Below are positions 31,406 to 50,410 of a stretch of 64,000 nt of DNA, in pieces. The DNA is taken from assembly GCF_009914755.1 (NCBI RefSeq), contig NC_060933.1; one strand, given 5' to 3'. The translations under genes and the position numbers were made by a program. The notes beneath the pieces were generated by a model, which did not search any database, was not told the origin of the DNA, and saw nothing but the letters and a program-made list of their open reading frames with translations. Source of the DNA: the human T2T-CHM13v2.0 reference genome, Homo sapiens. Each line of letters opens with the position of its first letter. The first letter of the stretch is position 1.

Positions 31406-31999
31406 TCACACTGTGTATGTTTTTTAAAGGTGCTGCCTTCCCAGCTGTGCTCCAGTTTTTCTCTTCTCTCTCTAGTTTCCTCCCAGCTTTGTACTACTGA
31501 GTTGATAGTTGCCCTTGCTTTTAGTCTTTAGCTACCAAAGGAAAGGCCCTTCCCTCACCATGCTCATGGTGCTAGCCAGTAGTAATGCTTTGTAGCTGGC
31601 ATTACATAATTAGCATTGGGCCTTTTGAGGATCCATTACCAACATATTCGGAAATATGGATTGATAAATGGATATTTTGACTGAGCTGCAGTATAGCTTC
31701 TCCTGTAGCCTCTTGTTAAAAACAGCCCCGGGTGTTGGGGACAGCAGTAGCTGGAAGCAGCAAAGTGACACTTAAGTGCCAAGGCAGATCAGCAGTTTCT
31801 GACAGTGAGAGTTCAAGGCCATGTGGTGGGGAAGGAGGAGTATATGTGGCAGAGTCCACATAAGTGGTATAGGCCTTGGAGTCAGGGCCTGAATTCTAAG
31901 CTCAACTCTCCGTCAAGTTGCCGTATGAATGTGGGTAACTCCTTTTAACCCTTGGTGTAGTGTTTCCTGTCCACAGAACAAGGGAGTTGGGCTAGATGA

Positions 32000-32344
<345 letters not shown>

Positions 32345-33230
32345 TGGTCTGTATAGCCTTGGATGAGTACTGCCCACATCATAATCAGCTGGAGAGCATG
32401 GGTCAATAGGGAGAAATTGTTTACTGCAATGGCTAACCTTCCCTCCTGCATAATTTTGGAATTTGGGGACTGGGGACCATAAGTTTGGTAAGGTACACAT
32501 ATACTTGCTATTTATGCACAGCACACAAAACGGGTATGAATTTATTTTAAACACCGAATTATATTTTCAATGTCTTAGAGGAACTGGTTATTTGAAGAAA
32601 GCCTGTGAAGACTAGTCTTCTTTGAAAGAAAAGATCCTTTTGTAAGGATTTATGTTCTTAATTTAGTTTTTACCAAATGGACCCTTTTAGAGAAAGAAGC
32701 ATCAGGATAAAGTCCCAATCTTCAGTGGTTTGTGGAAGAGAGAATCTGATGATTCATGCCCTCCTACCCTGTTAGAATTAGGACAGGGAATGGCAGACCC
32801 TAAACATACATGTGAACTGAGCAAAGATTGCCTTTGCTTCACCTATTGACACATTTAAGAACCTCGTTTTATAGAGAGTACGGAGTGGGGTCTGAGATTC
32901 TACATTTCTTACAAGTTCCTGGTTTATGCCAGTTCTGTTTGTCTGGTCACCACACTTCTGAATAGCAAGGTTTCAGAGGACTCTATGAAGTTTTTATTTC
33001 TCAAAAATTTGGCTTAGGTACATCTTTACATACAGTGGTGCTAGATATTATTCTTTCAGAACTTAACCATGCAACAATGCAGAAGAATACAAAAAATGCT
33101 TGCACACAGTAGTGTATTTTAATGGAACTATAAAAGCATTGAACTGATTCCTAACTTTACATATAAAGGATAATTAAACCAGCAGCCTAAAGCACCTTGC
33201 TCTACTGTTAATGGTACTTATGAGTTTATA

Positions 33231-33408
33231 ACAGTAGCTTCCAACCTTGGCTATGCATTAGAAACAGCATTTTATAAATGATTAGTCCCACTGCGTCCCA
33301 TTTCCACAGGATTCTGATTCAATTTACCTGGGCTGGGGCCTTGTCCTCTATATTTTTCAGAAGCTTTACAGGGGATTATGATGCATAATTGGGATTGAGA
33401 ATCACTGA
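33231..33408. mobile_element. MER5-like hAT fossil
   Basis: cagtagcttccaaccttggct...gattctgattcaatt...ttgagaatcactg. Confidence 0.6.
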
Positions 33409-34260
33409 TGTAGCATTCACAACTGTGTCTCATTTTATTCTTAATCCCATGAGGCCATGCAGAAGGAAGGAAATGATGCTCAAAGAAGAACCACCTGGTG
33501 TCAAGCAGATAGCTAGCGAATGGCAAAGCAGAACCTCAATCCCAGATTTCTTGACTCCAAAATATGTAGTCCAAACTGCCTGCCCTTGTCCCATTCCTTG
33601 AGCTCTATCATGAATTGGTTTTATCCTGAGAGTCAGATCACATTACAGGGTACTTGTTTCAGTGTCTCCATTTGTGAGCAAGTATATCACAATTCATTTC
33701 ACTTTTGAGCAGTTTCTTACCCGAGGTAGAAATGCAATAACCATTTCTTGGTAGGTGGTGTAGGGGATAGACAGGTAAATATTAAGACACAGTTCATCAT
33801 CCCCCACCTTGGCAAATTACGGACACAGCCCAGTAGGGAGTATAAGGGTTGTACACAGCTATCATGCGCTTGATCAGTGCATGTCTTCAAAGTGCACTTG
33901 TACCTCAGCAGAGAGCTAAGAAGCATGAAGGAAGTCTTCATGGAGGAGATGGCACTGGAGCTAAGTCTTCAGAGTCGGCATTTTGGCAGGTGGAGATTGG
34001 GAAACCAGAGGAACTTCACTAGATGCAAGGTCCTGTTGAAGATTCAAGGTAATGAGACACATAATTGAGAGGGAGTGACAGCATGGGGAATTTCTGAGTT
34101 TGGGCAGTAATGTGATCAGAACTGTACTCCAGGAAGAAGAGTAGAAGAAAGAACTGAGTGGAGAGAAGACTGGAGTAGGGGATACGTAGGAGGGTTTGTC
34201 CCTGGTTAGGATGAGATGATAGCAGGACCCAGAAGAGGTTGCAGTAAAACCAAGAGAGAC

Positions 34261-34581
<321 letters not shown>

Positions 34582-36760
34582 TCAGTGTGAAGGGCATTGC
34601 CAAAGTGGAATCAGTAAGGCTTGGCAGTTGACCTTGTTTGTTGGAGAGAAGGGATAAGATTTTAAAGCTACATGTCTGAAAGAATGATGCTGCTGATTGA
34701 AATAAAGGAAGAAAGGATGCATTTCGGGCTCCAACCTGTCCTAGGAAGGCCTAGACCTCAAACACCAACACCTCCATGCATTTCCTCTTTGGCTACTATG
34801 TCTTTTCCCTGACTTCTGCCTCTCCAGCTCTCTGGGCTGCTGCTTCCACCTGTTCATCTGACTTAGACCCTCCCTGCTGGGTCCTTGTTCACCTACTCAT
34901 TTGGTGCTTCGTCTGCCATCAGTACCTCCATTGCAGCTGGTGGGATGTCAGTCACCATCTCTTATATTTGCTTCCCACTAGAAAGATCAAGAGAAGTTAT
35001 TTCTTTCCCTTGCGCTCCAATTTTTCTCTAGACAGTTGGTATCCACAATTTTAAAAAATGTTCCATGTTGTATAAACAAGCATTCGCTGAGAGGGGCTGT
35101 TAATACACATCGTGCCCCTTTTATAAAAATTCATGCATGGAATCCTACATTATTATGCATCAAAATCTCCAGAAATGTCTTAGGATTTTTGCAGGGAGAA
35201 TATTAAATGCATTGTTTTGCTTTGTTTTGAAGAGACTAGATGTGCAGAGGAAGAGAGGTGGCATGGTGGGAGGGTACATTTGAGTTGTCAACAGTCTCTG
35301 CAGTGTCAGGTCAATTACATCAGCACTTGGACTGGACCAGGGAAAGGAATGATTCTGCTTCCTGGGAATGTCAGAAGGACCTGATGATTATATGTGGCAA
35401 AGCCAGGAGGAGTGGCTTTGAATGTCATTGCTAAGAATTACACTTTGAGTAGCATTTCTGGATGTCTGAGCTTTTCAAATGATACTTCTTTTCTGCTGTG
35501 GCTTTCCTTTCTGTTGGACTGGTTCCCAGAGGGTCCTCTTGTTTGTCCTTGCCCTCGCTTTTATATCAGTTCATGTTTTCTCTTCTGTCATCTTCCTTCC
35601 CAGCGCTGTTTCTCCACCCCCTCCTGCTGCACTCACAACAGCTTCCCCTCTCCTGTTTAGAGGTGGAAGCATGTAAGAATGCGTTTGAGGGGGATGCTTG
35701 CCAAAGGACAGCATATTCAACATCTGGTATCAACAAGGTAATGTTTAACCTTAGACTAGCCAAACTAGTGATGACCTGCTTCCATGCTGCATCTGCTGCT
35801 TTTTGTGTTGATGGGACTCAGAAATCATGAGAAAGGTCTTCAGTGATCCATGACTGCAACAAATTCTTTTCCTAATTGTGCCGTATATTATGCCCCTCAA
35901 TACAACTTACTAATCTCTGCCTCAGTTTCTCCATCTGTGAAAGTGGTGTAATACTTATCTACCTCCCTTGAATGTTGTGAAGATTAGTATATGTTGGTAA
36001 AGCACTTTTAAAATAAAGAATGATATAAAGCATTGAATTGTTGTGTTTGGGATGTGGGTGCCCTCCTGTAGAGAGGCTGCCCTGTAGGGGAAGTATCCCA
36101 GGTGTACCATGGTTTAGGAACACCCAGTGTACAAAACTTCCATTACAAATACAAGAGTGTGATTGTTTCCTTTCTTTCTTTTTTAACTTCATCTCAGGCT
36201 CTACTTTCAGATTATTTTCTTTATGAAAAATTTCAACATGGCATTTCTTTAAATAGGCTTTTGGTGCATTTAATATGAGATTCAATTTATAGAAGTGATT
36301 TATGGAAGATTTAAAATAACACATCTATTGAACCTCTATTACCCAATATAACTGTTGGGTTTGCAAGCTGATTATTAATCTAACAGTGAAGTTTATCATC
36401 ATTAGGTGGAAAACTTGGTTTCTGCATTATCCAGATGTCCAGATTGTATATGAAAGTTCTCTCACTGTAAGTACTGATTGGAATGGACAGAATGTGATCT
36501 TGTTACTTCCGAATGAGAGGATCTGCAGTTCCACTTCTAAAATGCCCTTACAGCACAGCCAGTTTTGGGGGAAAAGACTAACCATGCATGCTCACTAAAG
36601 GGCTGACAGTCAGTCCATGAGATAGGGAAATGGAATATGGGTTCTCTTTCTTAGCTCCTGGTGACTGCTAAGAGATTTAAGTTGGCTCTGGTCTGTTTTC
36701 TTTTCTATGGGTTTTTTGGGGGGAAAATTCAAAATCCTGTTAAGAGATTTTTTTTTTTCT

Positions 36761-37105
36761 GGCTGGGTGCAGTGGCTCACACCTGTAATCCCAGCACTTT
36801 GGGAGGCTGAGGCGGGTGGATGTAATCCCAGCACTTTGGGAGGCTGAGGCGCGTGGATCACGAGGTCAGGAGTTCGAGACCAGCCTGGCCAACATAGTGA
36901 AACCCTGTCTCTACTAAAAATACAAAAATTAGCCAAGTATGGTGGCGCATGCCTGTAATCCCAGCTACTCAGGAGCCTGAGGAAGGAGAATCGCTTGAAC
37001 CCGGGAGGCGGAGGTTGCAGTGAGCGGAGGTTGCAGTGAGCATAGATCACACCATTGCACTCCAGCCTGGGTAACAAGAGTGAGACACTGTCTCAAAAAA
37101 AAAAA
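36761..37105 (+). mobile_element. Alu with two internal duplications
   Basis: tgtaatcccagcactttgggaggctgaggc twice and gcggaggttgcagtga twice. Confidence 0.9.
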
Positions 37106-37993
37106 TTTGTTTTTTTTAAATCTAAAGACTACTTGCTATGGGGGAAATACTCTAAGTAGCAGTGGAAGGTAAGGCTCTAGTTCTTTTTCTGTCCCATCAT
37201 CTGGTTCAGCTTCCAGCATAACCAAAAAGGAAATTCAGAGGCTGGTGCTGTGCATATAGATTTAGATTCTTAACTATGAGTCTCCAAAGAGTTTCTTGGA
37301 AGGGGCTGGTTGGTCTTCAACATTCTGTGGGACTGGAGGCAGTTGCCCCAGTCACTCAGGCATTGAGAAATCTGGGGTATGGCTGGGGCAAATGTCTCAT
37401 GTGGTCACCTTTATTTCCAGGCTGAAGGGGCAGGAGCTATCCAGGGAACCTCTTCTCAGGACAGAAGTACAAAAGGGCAAGCGCAACTGTAGAAGAATAT
37501 TTTATGATTCAGTGTTATATCTGCTAACATCTCCTTGGCCAAAGCATGAAGCTCTAAGTCAGGAGGAGGGAAGTAGACTCCTCCTAAGAAGGTGAGGAGA
37601 GGAGGAACAATAATCTAATCTACCACAGAATCACAAGTGGGAAGAAAACTAGGGGGATACCAAGGAGTTGAGATTATATTATAAATCAAGGAATGGGGAA
37701 CCCAGGGAACAAATGCGTCCTCATTCCTCATTTTCTACTAAGACACTTCTTCATTACTGCTTTCCTTCCTCTAAATTTGTTTTTCATTTAGTGGGGGAGG
37801 CTTTAAAATGGTGATAATAATAGAAAACCCTTCATAGGGTTGTTGGATTAAATGAGTGACATATGTATTCAGAATACTGCCTGGCATATAATAAACATTA
37901 TATATTTTAGCCATTATTATTTTTTTCAAGGTCATATGGCTTCTACATGGGGATGGAGAGATTTGAACCTAAGTGGTCTGGCTCCAGAGTTCA

Positions 37994-38500
<507 letters not shown>

Positions 38501-40199
38501 TTTAAAAATATTAATAAAAAAGAATTATAATACACAGCCTTTGTATTCAGCATCTGACTTCAAATCTTAGCTTTGCAAAGATGTGACCTCCTGAGTAAAG
38601 ACCATCATCAGCAAAATACCTACTTTCTCATGATTGCTATGATCTCATGAGAATACAAATTTGGAAGAGCCTTGAAAATTGTAAACTCAAACCCCACAAA
38701 ATTCCACAAAAACAAACCCCCAAAACCTCTAACCCTCTATTCTGATCTTTTGTGTTACAAGAGTCTAAGACTATCTCTTCTCCCATCACAAAGCCTCATC
38801 TTCAGTTGCCTTCCAGCCTCCTTACTCTGACACTCCTTGAACACAATCATTAGTCTCTCAGTTTCAGAGCCAGACTCTGTGAAATTTCTTCTGTTGATCC
38901 CTCTACCTGGAGTTCTCTTAGCTTCTCTGCAATCCCTTCCCATCACCTATGCTGCTGAAATGTTAGCCGTTCTTCAAGGTCAAGTGAACAACAGGACATA
39001 ATCCTAGAATCTGGGCTCTGGTTCCAGTGTTGTGGGCAAGTTACTAGGTCTCTCTGGATACTAATTTCTTTGTTTGTGAGATAAGGGTGTTGGAGAAGAG
39101 GATCTCTAAATTCATGTTCTAATTAGTCTAATTCTGAAATTAAACTAACTTTTTCAATTTACTGCATGTAACCCAAGTTATCAATTTTACCTTCTCCTTA
39201 ACAGATAATGTGTACATAAATGGAATTCAAATACTACATGCAGGTGGATCAGCCCCCAAGGTTGAAAGCACCATTCATGAATGTTATTGATTATTGTATT
39301 ATACTTAAGCTGTTTATAAATGCAATCTAAATATAGGTAATAGAAGAATTTCTCTACAATGGGAACAAAAAGGTTGTTGCTGCTCCAAATGTAATTTTCC
39401 CAACAAAATGTAATTGCTGTTTATTTCAAACTGCCCAGTTCTATAGATTATAGACCACTTCTATTTTATAAATTTCCCCATTCTAAGGCAATCATGTGCC
39501 CAGAATATGTAGATTTTTGTATGTCCTTTAAAAATTCTAATCAATTGATTATGGTAGATGATTTCTATTGTAAAACAAGGGCTATGTGAAAAACTACTTC
39601 AAGTGGAAGGAAGTCAGCATTTATTGAACACCTTCTGGGGGGCTTTAGGCATATTTATGTATTATTTCATTTAATTCCATAAATAGTCTGCAGATGTAAG
39701 TAATAATATTCATATTTTATAGAGGAGGAAGTGAAGCCTGGAGAGGTTAAAGTGACTCGTTCAAAATTATATACCAAAAGTTCTGGAAATGGATAGTGGT
39801 GATGGTTGCACAATAATGTGAATGTACTTAATGCCACTGAATTGTACACTTAAAAGTGGTTAAAATGGTAAATTTTGTGTTATGTTTCACCACAAGAGAG
39901 AAAAGGAAATCACATAGCTAGTAAATAGCTTAACTAGATTTAGATTCCAAGTCAGTAGGCTTTGATTGGTCTGTTTATGACATGGGAGAAATTCAGCACG
40001 CTGATTGGGTGGTTATGTTCATCAAAGATCTGCCAGGAGACTGAGGAGCCTGAAGCAAAAAAAGCAGAGAGAAGAGCTAAGTGAGGTTTTAAGTGTCAGC
40101 AACCAGCTTAAGATGGCAACCCCAATTCTGTCTGATAGCAAGCTGAGAACCAGTGACCAAGGCAAAAAAGAGATCATCAATCAGGTTTGCCATTTAGAT

Positions 40200-40570
40200 T
40201 AGTGTTTCTGCAATGTTAGTATGCATATGAATCACCTGGATATCTCATTAAAATGCAGATTTTGATTTAGTAAATCTGTGATGGGGTGAATTTTGCATTC
40301 CTAACAAGCTCCCAGGTGATGGTGATATTGTTGGCCATGGACTAACTGATGTATAGCAAGAATTTAGATCACTCTAACCTCCTCCAAGGCAGTTGTCTAA
40401 ATGTGGCTTTCAGATCACTTGCACCAGAGAATCTGGGGTGCTTTCACAGAGCAAATTCCGGGCCCCATCCTGGACCTACTGAATCGGGATCTCTGAGGTG
40501 GGATTGGAATGTACACTTGTAACAAGCTGCCCATTTGCTTGTTACGTATATGATGTTTGAGAACCACTGC
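40200..40570. mobile_element. Two adjacent MER5-like fossils
   Basis: gaatcacctgga..aaaatgcagatt..taacaagctcccaggtgat and ...tttgagaaccactgc motifs. Confidence 0.6.
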
Positions 40571-41662
40571 TAATAGGACATCAACATGTCATCATAATTA
40601 TAAACCCCTTCACTTGCGTACCCATTTCCAGTTTATAAATCCTTTTCACATCCTGTTTTTCCTGTACCTGTACAGCAGGCTGATGAAGCTGATACCATTA
40701 GCCCTGCTCTGCAAATGAGGAGAATGACATCTCTAGTCTTAAGTGCTAGACTCAAAGGGTTTCTGACTCCCAGGAAAGCATTCTTATTATTTTGTGGCTT
40801 GCTTTACCACTTTACCATATCTTTACTTATACTCCTACACAAATTAGAAGTTCTTTTATGTCTAAAAAGTTTTGCAGAGCAATTTTCTTGCTATGATGCT
40901 TTTAAAGATTTCAATCTAATTTAGCACATCAAGCAGCACAGTTTATGCTTATAAGCATAAAGTTATCCAAGGTCATGGCAAAGAAAAGTTTGGTGAAGTA
41001 ATTAAGAAATAGTTTGCACTGAGGTTTTTTTTTTTAAATATTTTTAAAACCCTTTACCTACATTTATCAATTGTTAATAGTTCGTTTTCCTCTCTTTTAA
41101 CCATTTGAAAGGAAGTTACAGACATCATGACACTTCATCCCTAAATATTTCAGCATGTATCTACCAAAAATAAGAAAATTCTCTTAGATTACTATAATCC
41201 CATCATCACACCTAAGACAATTAACATTAATTCAGTATCGTCTAATAGTCTATGCTCAAATTTCTGCAGTTATCTTAATATCTTTTATTGCTGTTTATTT
41301 TTTCGGATCCGATTAAGGTTTACTGCATTTGGTTGTTTTGTCTGTTTAGTCTAAATAATCTAGAACGAACCTCTCTCCTTATCTTTTGTTTTTCGTGACA
41401 TTAAATTTATTTTCAAGTCCAGGACTTGTAAAGTACCCTCACATTCTGAATTTATTTGGGTACTTCCTCGTGATTAGATTCAGGTTCAACCTTGTCAGCA
41501 AGGGTATCATGCAGATATATGTCACGAACCTCTGATTGCATCATTTTAGGAGGCACATAATGGCAAATTGTCCCTAAATTTGATCACCTGGTGGAGTCGG
41601 TAGCAGTCAGATCTCTCCATTATAAAGTTACTTTCTTTCTTTTTCTTTTTTTTTTTAAATAA

Positions 41663-42071
<409 letters not shown>

Positions 42072-42499
42072 TGATGCTTTAAGACCATGAATATTGTCTC
42101 CTTGTAACCTTTCACCCAACGGTTTTGGCATACATTGATGATCCTTATCTGATTCCATTATCTTGTTGAAGATTGCAAAGTGGTGATTAACTCAGTCTTG
42201 ACCATTTGTCAGCATTCATATGGAAAGAAGGTATGTTGGGTTTGAGAAAATCTGAATTTAGGTTACCTCAAGTCATGCTGGCTACTCAGAAAGCAAAGGC
42301 TCCACTTCGCCACATGTTTTTTAAGAGATTGTCTCCCTTAGAACTCCTTTGCTGGGGTGGGGAGGAGAGGGGATAGTTTTTCCCTGTGCCAAGAAACACC
42401 CACCAGAGAGAAAACTTCCTTCCTCCTCCTAAGCATCACAGCTTTAGGTTGTTGCCTCTCTGGTGTCTGCCTCTGGTGCTATCCATCTCTCCTAAGCTC

Positions 42500-45165
<2,666 letters not shown>

Positions 45166-45459
45166 GGGGGTATTGTTACCAAGATTCATGTCCTGCCCTG
45201 ACCCCTGTTCTCATCGTTGTTGAAGTCACCACTACCAAAGCTGCCTTATGTATTATTACTATTGTTCTGTGCTGAGAGAAATAGCTTCAGAATGCAGTCT
45301 TGCTGTTTTACTTTTACATCTCCCTCAATTAGGAAACTAGACTAAGGACTGAATCCAATAATATTGACCCTTATGCTGAACCCCCAGGCCATTAGACTTT
45401 AGGGAATAATTTTTAACTGGGACGAAGGGAGAATAATTAAAAGTCTGTTGATTCAAGTT

Positions 45460-45775
45460 CACATGTACATATACAGATGAGTTGATAAATACAGTAATGG
45501 ATGCATGGATACACACATGTAAATGTGCATGTACAAACACAGGGCCCAGCTGTCATACTCCAATATGCATGCATACACACACTCACAGAGGCAACCTGAT
45601 ATATACTCACTCCTTACATATGTACACAGAGTAAAATGACATATGCTTGGCACTTATGCATATGTACAGAGGCAAGCTGATACACTCATTACATATGTAC
45701 ACACAGGCAAATGACATATGGTCAATACATATGTATACATACAGAGGAAAGCTGACATACTTAAACACACACAGT
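45460..45775. repeat. Degenerate minisatellite-like repeat
   Basis: Recurring acatatgtacac / cagaggcaa(g)ctga / aaatgacatatg units. Confidence 0.65.
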
Positions 45776-46237
45776 GGTAAAATGTAATTATTTAGTTCCA
45801 TTTGACTCACTGTAATTCCTCCAGGTACCTAGCTCCTTGCTTTATCTCTCTTTCATGATTCTTGGCTCAGTGGATGCCATTCTCAAGTTCCCAGCCTCTT
45901 GGCTGAAACATCTTGTCCTTCCTTTTGACCCACCTGGCTTTTTGTCAGAACTTTTCCTCCCAGCAGCTTAGCTACCTCTGCCAATTACCAGGCTGCTGTC
46001 CTGCAGGCCTCTCTAGTACCCAGCCAGCCCAGATGAGCTCTTTTCACTGTTGACTTTAACCTTCTGGGTTTTGACTCAAAGTATAGGCTTTGGATTCAAA
46101 GTATAGGCTTTGGAGCTAGACAGACCTGGCCCCAGCCTTGTTGCCCATTAACTGAGTAACCTTGGGCAAATTACCTAACCTCACCAAACCTCAGCTTTCT
46201 CATCTATACAATTAAGATAATAGTAGTACCTTCTCAG

Positions 46238-46558
46238 GCCAGGCATAGTGGCTTACACCTGTAATCCTAGCACTCTGGAAGGCTGAGATGGGAGGATCAC
46301 TTGAGGCGAAGTGTTCAAAACCAGCCTGGGCAACATAGTGAGACCCTCATCTCTTAAAAAAAAAATAAAAAAATCAGCCAGGCATGATGGTGCACACCTA
46401 TAGTCATAGCTATTCAAGAGGCTGAGGGTGGAGGATTGCTTGAGCCCAGGGTTCAAGGTTACAGTGAGCTATGATCGCATCACTGCACTCTAGCCCGAGT
46501 GACAGAGTGTGACCCTGTCTCTAAAAAAATAAAAAACAAAAAACAAAAAAACACAAAA
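46238..46558 (+). mobile_element. Alu (AluJ-like)
   Basis: Diverged dimeric Alu with A-rich tail. Confidence 0.85.
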
Positions 46559-47930
46559 AGACTAGGTTTTTGGTTGTATTAGATAATACATGTGGAGCTC
46601 TTAGTCTGGTATATAAGTACAGTTAATGACAACTGCCACTAACAGTAACTAACATTTATCACGTGGTTACTATGTGACTCCTACTTCTAGTTAATGATTT
46701 ACTGAGTACTTATGATGTAATAAGCATGGTTCTAAGCACTTCACATCTATGAACCCATTTTATTCTTACAACAACCTTATGAAGCAGATAAAAATTTTAT
46801 CTCTGTGTTACAGATTATCAAACTGAGGCCCCAAGAAGTTAAATAATTTGGCCAAGGTCATATTGCTAACAAACAGTAGAGCTAAGATGCAAACCCAGAT
46901 GGTTTGGTTCCAGAGCCTACACTCTTAATTACTATGCTATACCTCCTACTTCCATTTACATGTGATTGTCTTTCTCAGAGAAGCTATTTCTTTGGTACAC
47001 TCCTTTATGAACTAAAACCCTTGGAGAAATTTTTGGATTGCGGCTGAAAATTTCCATTTGCCGAAAGATCAAGAAAAATCTTACTTCTGTATTCAGAGCA
47101 ATGCTGAACAACTGAATGACAAGAAGACCTGCAGTAAAAACCCAGAGATGCCTCCTCAGTTTCTCTACCCACTCACAGGGACTGTTTGGGTGAGAAGTGA
47201 CAATTATAGTGATGAAGCCTGTTCTCCTTCAGGCAGAGTTAGGATATCTTTCTGCATTCCCATAGCACTTTTATTCTGTAACCCTTGCCTTCTTGGCTTC
47301 TACCTTGTCTATGTAACTGAGGACCATTCAGGGGAAGTGGATAAGAATAACAGTGATTCCAACTGAAGTCCCCACCAATGTCATCACAAGAATCTCTGAA
47401 TATAATCACAAGAAACCCAGTGAAATCTCCTGACACTCTTGCAAGATGGTCAGGATGGCTTGTGAAGATTCTGGTGCCTGCAGTCTTGATAATGCCAATT
47501 TTTTGCTTCATCATGTGTCAGATGATGATGCTTCTCCATCTTCTCCTGCTAGTGATGTGGTGAGGCTTTACAGTCAGAATGAACCTGGTGACTCCAACTT
47601 CTTCACCTTGTGGCCTTGGGTACTTGACCTGATGCTTTGTTTTTTCATCTATAAAATGGAAATAATACTTACCAAAAAGGTGGGCGGGAAGATTAATGAC
47701 AACAAATGCGAAGTGCCTGGGACATAGGCATACCTGGGCCATAGCAGGTCCTTGGTGTATTATTATCATGGCTCAACCCAAAAATTATTCTCTCCCACTG
47801 ACATTATTATTATTATTATCAGGTCTCCCCTATTAGACCATAAGCTCTGTGAGAATCAGAGACTTTGTTTTGTTCACTGCTGTTTCTCTTTATCTAGGAC
47901 AGTGCCTAGATCATAGTGGGTGCTCAGTAA

Positions 47931-48278
<348 letters not shown>

Positions 48279-49289
48279 ACCTTGTTTTTTTAGGTTCTTA
48301 CTAAACTGGCTGGCATTCAGATGCTCTTACTCTGAGGGGAGTGTTCCCTCTGCCTGGAGCACTCCCTCTTCACCTGGTTAACTTCTACTCCTCCTTCTGA
48401 TCTTAGCACAAGCATCACTCCTTTAGGGAAACCTCTCTGACCTTCTCTTTCATAGCATTTGTTAACAATATTGCAATTTTAATTTTATTTGTATAACTGT
48501 TTGATTAATATTTGACTGTAAACTTCCTAAGGACAGGGACCAGGTCTGCTGTACTTACCATTGTATATTCCCAGGCACTAGGAGTAGACCTTCAGCACAA
48601 ATTTGTTGAATGAATAAATAACATCAATTTTACAAAGACCCCCCTATCTAGAAATTGGGGTCCAGTTTCACAAATTGGATCAGAGATTAACCCCAGGCTT
48701 TGCCAGTGCTGCACCATAAATCATTGCTTTCCCCTGTTTCTGGGTCAAGCACTGTGACTCTCTCCTACTGGGGCCAATTTGTCAGTCCCAAAGTGTCTCA
48801 TTACTGTTTATCAGGACTTCATTATGCAGCTGGACCCTCCAGCAGGAGGTCTAGGAAAGCCAGGATATTGGCAGGGCTGGGAGTATGGGATGGGATTTGC
48901 CATTTACATCTACCCCACCCTCACTCCATTTATATTTAGTATTTATCACACTGAGTTGTAGTTGTTAATTTTCAAGTGTCTCCTTCTCTCCCACACAGTG
49001 AGGGCAGGATCTCTTGCCCACAGAGGCTACTCTGGTGTGCAGCAAATGCTCATAAGGGTTTCTTGAAGGAATGCAATGTTTTCCATGAGTGAAGCTTAAT
49101 TGAGAACAGAAATCAACTCATAAGAGAGGGCACTACCTCTGGCATTTTTTTTTTTTAAACCTGAGCCAATAAATCCCTTTTTGTTTACCTTAACTTGGAT
49201 TGGGGTTTTCTGTTACTTGGAACTGAAAACATTCTGGTAGAGCATAACTAATGATGTTCAATATAAGATCTCTGATAGATTTTTGTTTT

Positions 49290-49722
49290 AAAATATTCAC
49301 TTCCTATTTACTCCCTCTCACTTACCTCCATAAGGAGAATAAACTTCCCTATCCCTTGTCTTTGAGCTCGGCTATAGGACTGATCTTAGCCAGTGAGATT
49401 TTAGCAGACATATACAAGCAGTGTGTAAAAAGTGCTAGCACAGTTGGGTGTGCCCCCTTGTACCACTGCCATCTCCGTGACAAGAGTTCTTCCTGGGTCC
49501 CATCCCCAGAATGAATACTAGAATAATGAACCAGAGCTCAACCAGCACATAGGAGCCAAACCCAGCTGAACCTGTATCTTGAAGCAAAGCCATCCACCCA
49601 AGCCTAGCCTAGATCAACCAGCCAACCCCCAGTCAACCTCTAAACCTATGAGAAATGAATGCTCCTTGTGGCATGCTGCTGAGATTTTATGGTGGTTTGT
49701 TAGGGAGCAATAGCTGACTGAT
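49290..49722 (+). mobile_element. Old MLT1-type LTR
   Basis: 3' end tgctgagattttatggtggtttgttagggagcaatagctgactga resembles the MLT1 terminus. Confidence 0.55.
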
Positions 49723-50110
49723 CAGGTTCAGGGTTTTCCATACTTGACAGTGCATCTGAATTATCTAGACAACTTTAAAATAAATAAGAGATACTTGGGC
49801 ATCACCTAGAATGTTTGGAGTACTGTTCAGAAATCTACATCCTGTTAAAATTCACTGGGTGGTATTTAGGTAGTGAGTCCCACAGCCTTTTGCTATCTGA
49901 TATTTTGGGGTCACCAGTATTAAGGCATGTCATGGGTGTTACATTAATTCACTTCTAACAACCTTTTCCCTCTCTGAGATTATATGATCAAAGTCAGACA
50001 AATTCTGTTTCTGAAGCAGAGTTCTTTTCAAGAAATCTGTATTGAATTTGTTTTAGCTGATTTGGGGAAAGATGCAGATGTAAATTAATTTGTGACTTAT
50101 GGCCCCAGGA

Positions 50111-50410
50111 TTTTTTTTTTTACTTGCTCTGTTGCCCAGTGCCCAGGTGGTACAGTGGCATGATCATAGCTCACTTGTAACCTTGAACTCCTGGGTGCAA
50201 GTGATCCTCTCACCTCAGCCTCCTGAATATCTAAGACTACAGGTGCACACCACCACACTGGCTAATTAAATTTTTTTTTTTTTTTTTTTTGTAGAGACAA
50301 GGTCTCACTATGTTGTTCAGTCTGGTCTCGAAGTCCTGGCTTCAAGCAATCCTCCTGCCTCGGCCTCAGAAAGTGCTGAGATTACAAATGTGAGCCACCC
50401 ACTCCCTCCG
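50111..50410 (-). mobile_element. Alu (AluJ-like)
   Basis: Diverged reverse Alu. Confidence 0.8.

Noticed and set aside
34776-35830. Cys/Leu/Ser-rich ORFs downstream of MSANTD3
   Set aside because: Composition follows pyrimidine-rich DNA; no domain or convincing splice structure
46950-47600. Repeat-poor stretch with several 60-100 aa ORFs, considered as a processed pseudogene or lncRNA exon
   Set aside because: No recognisable protein similarity, polyA tail or TSD; a BLAST/conservation search would be needed
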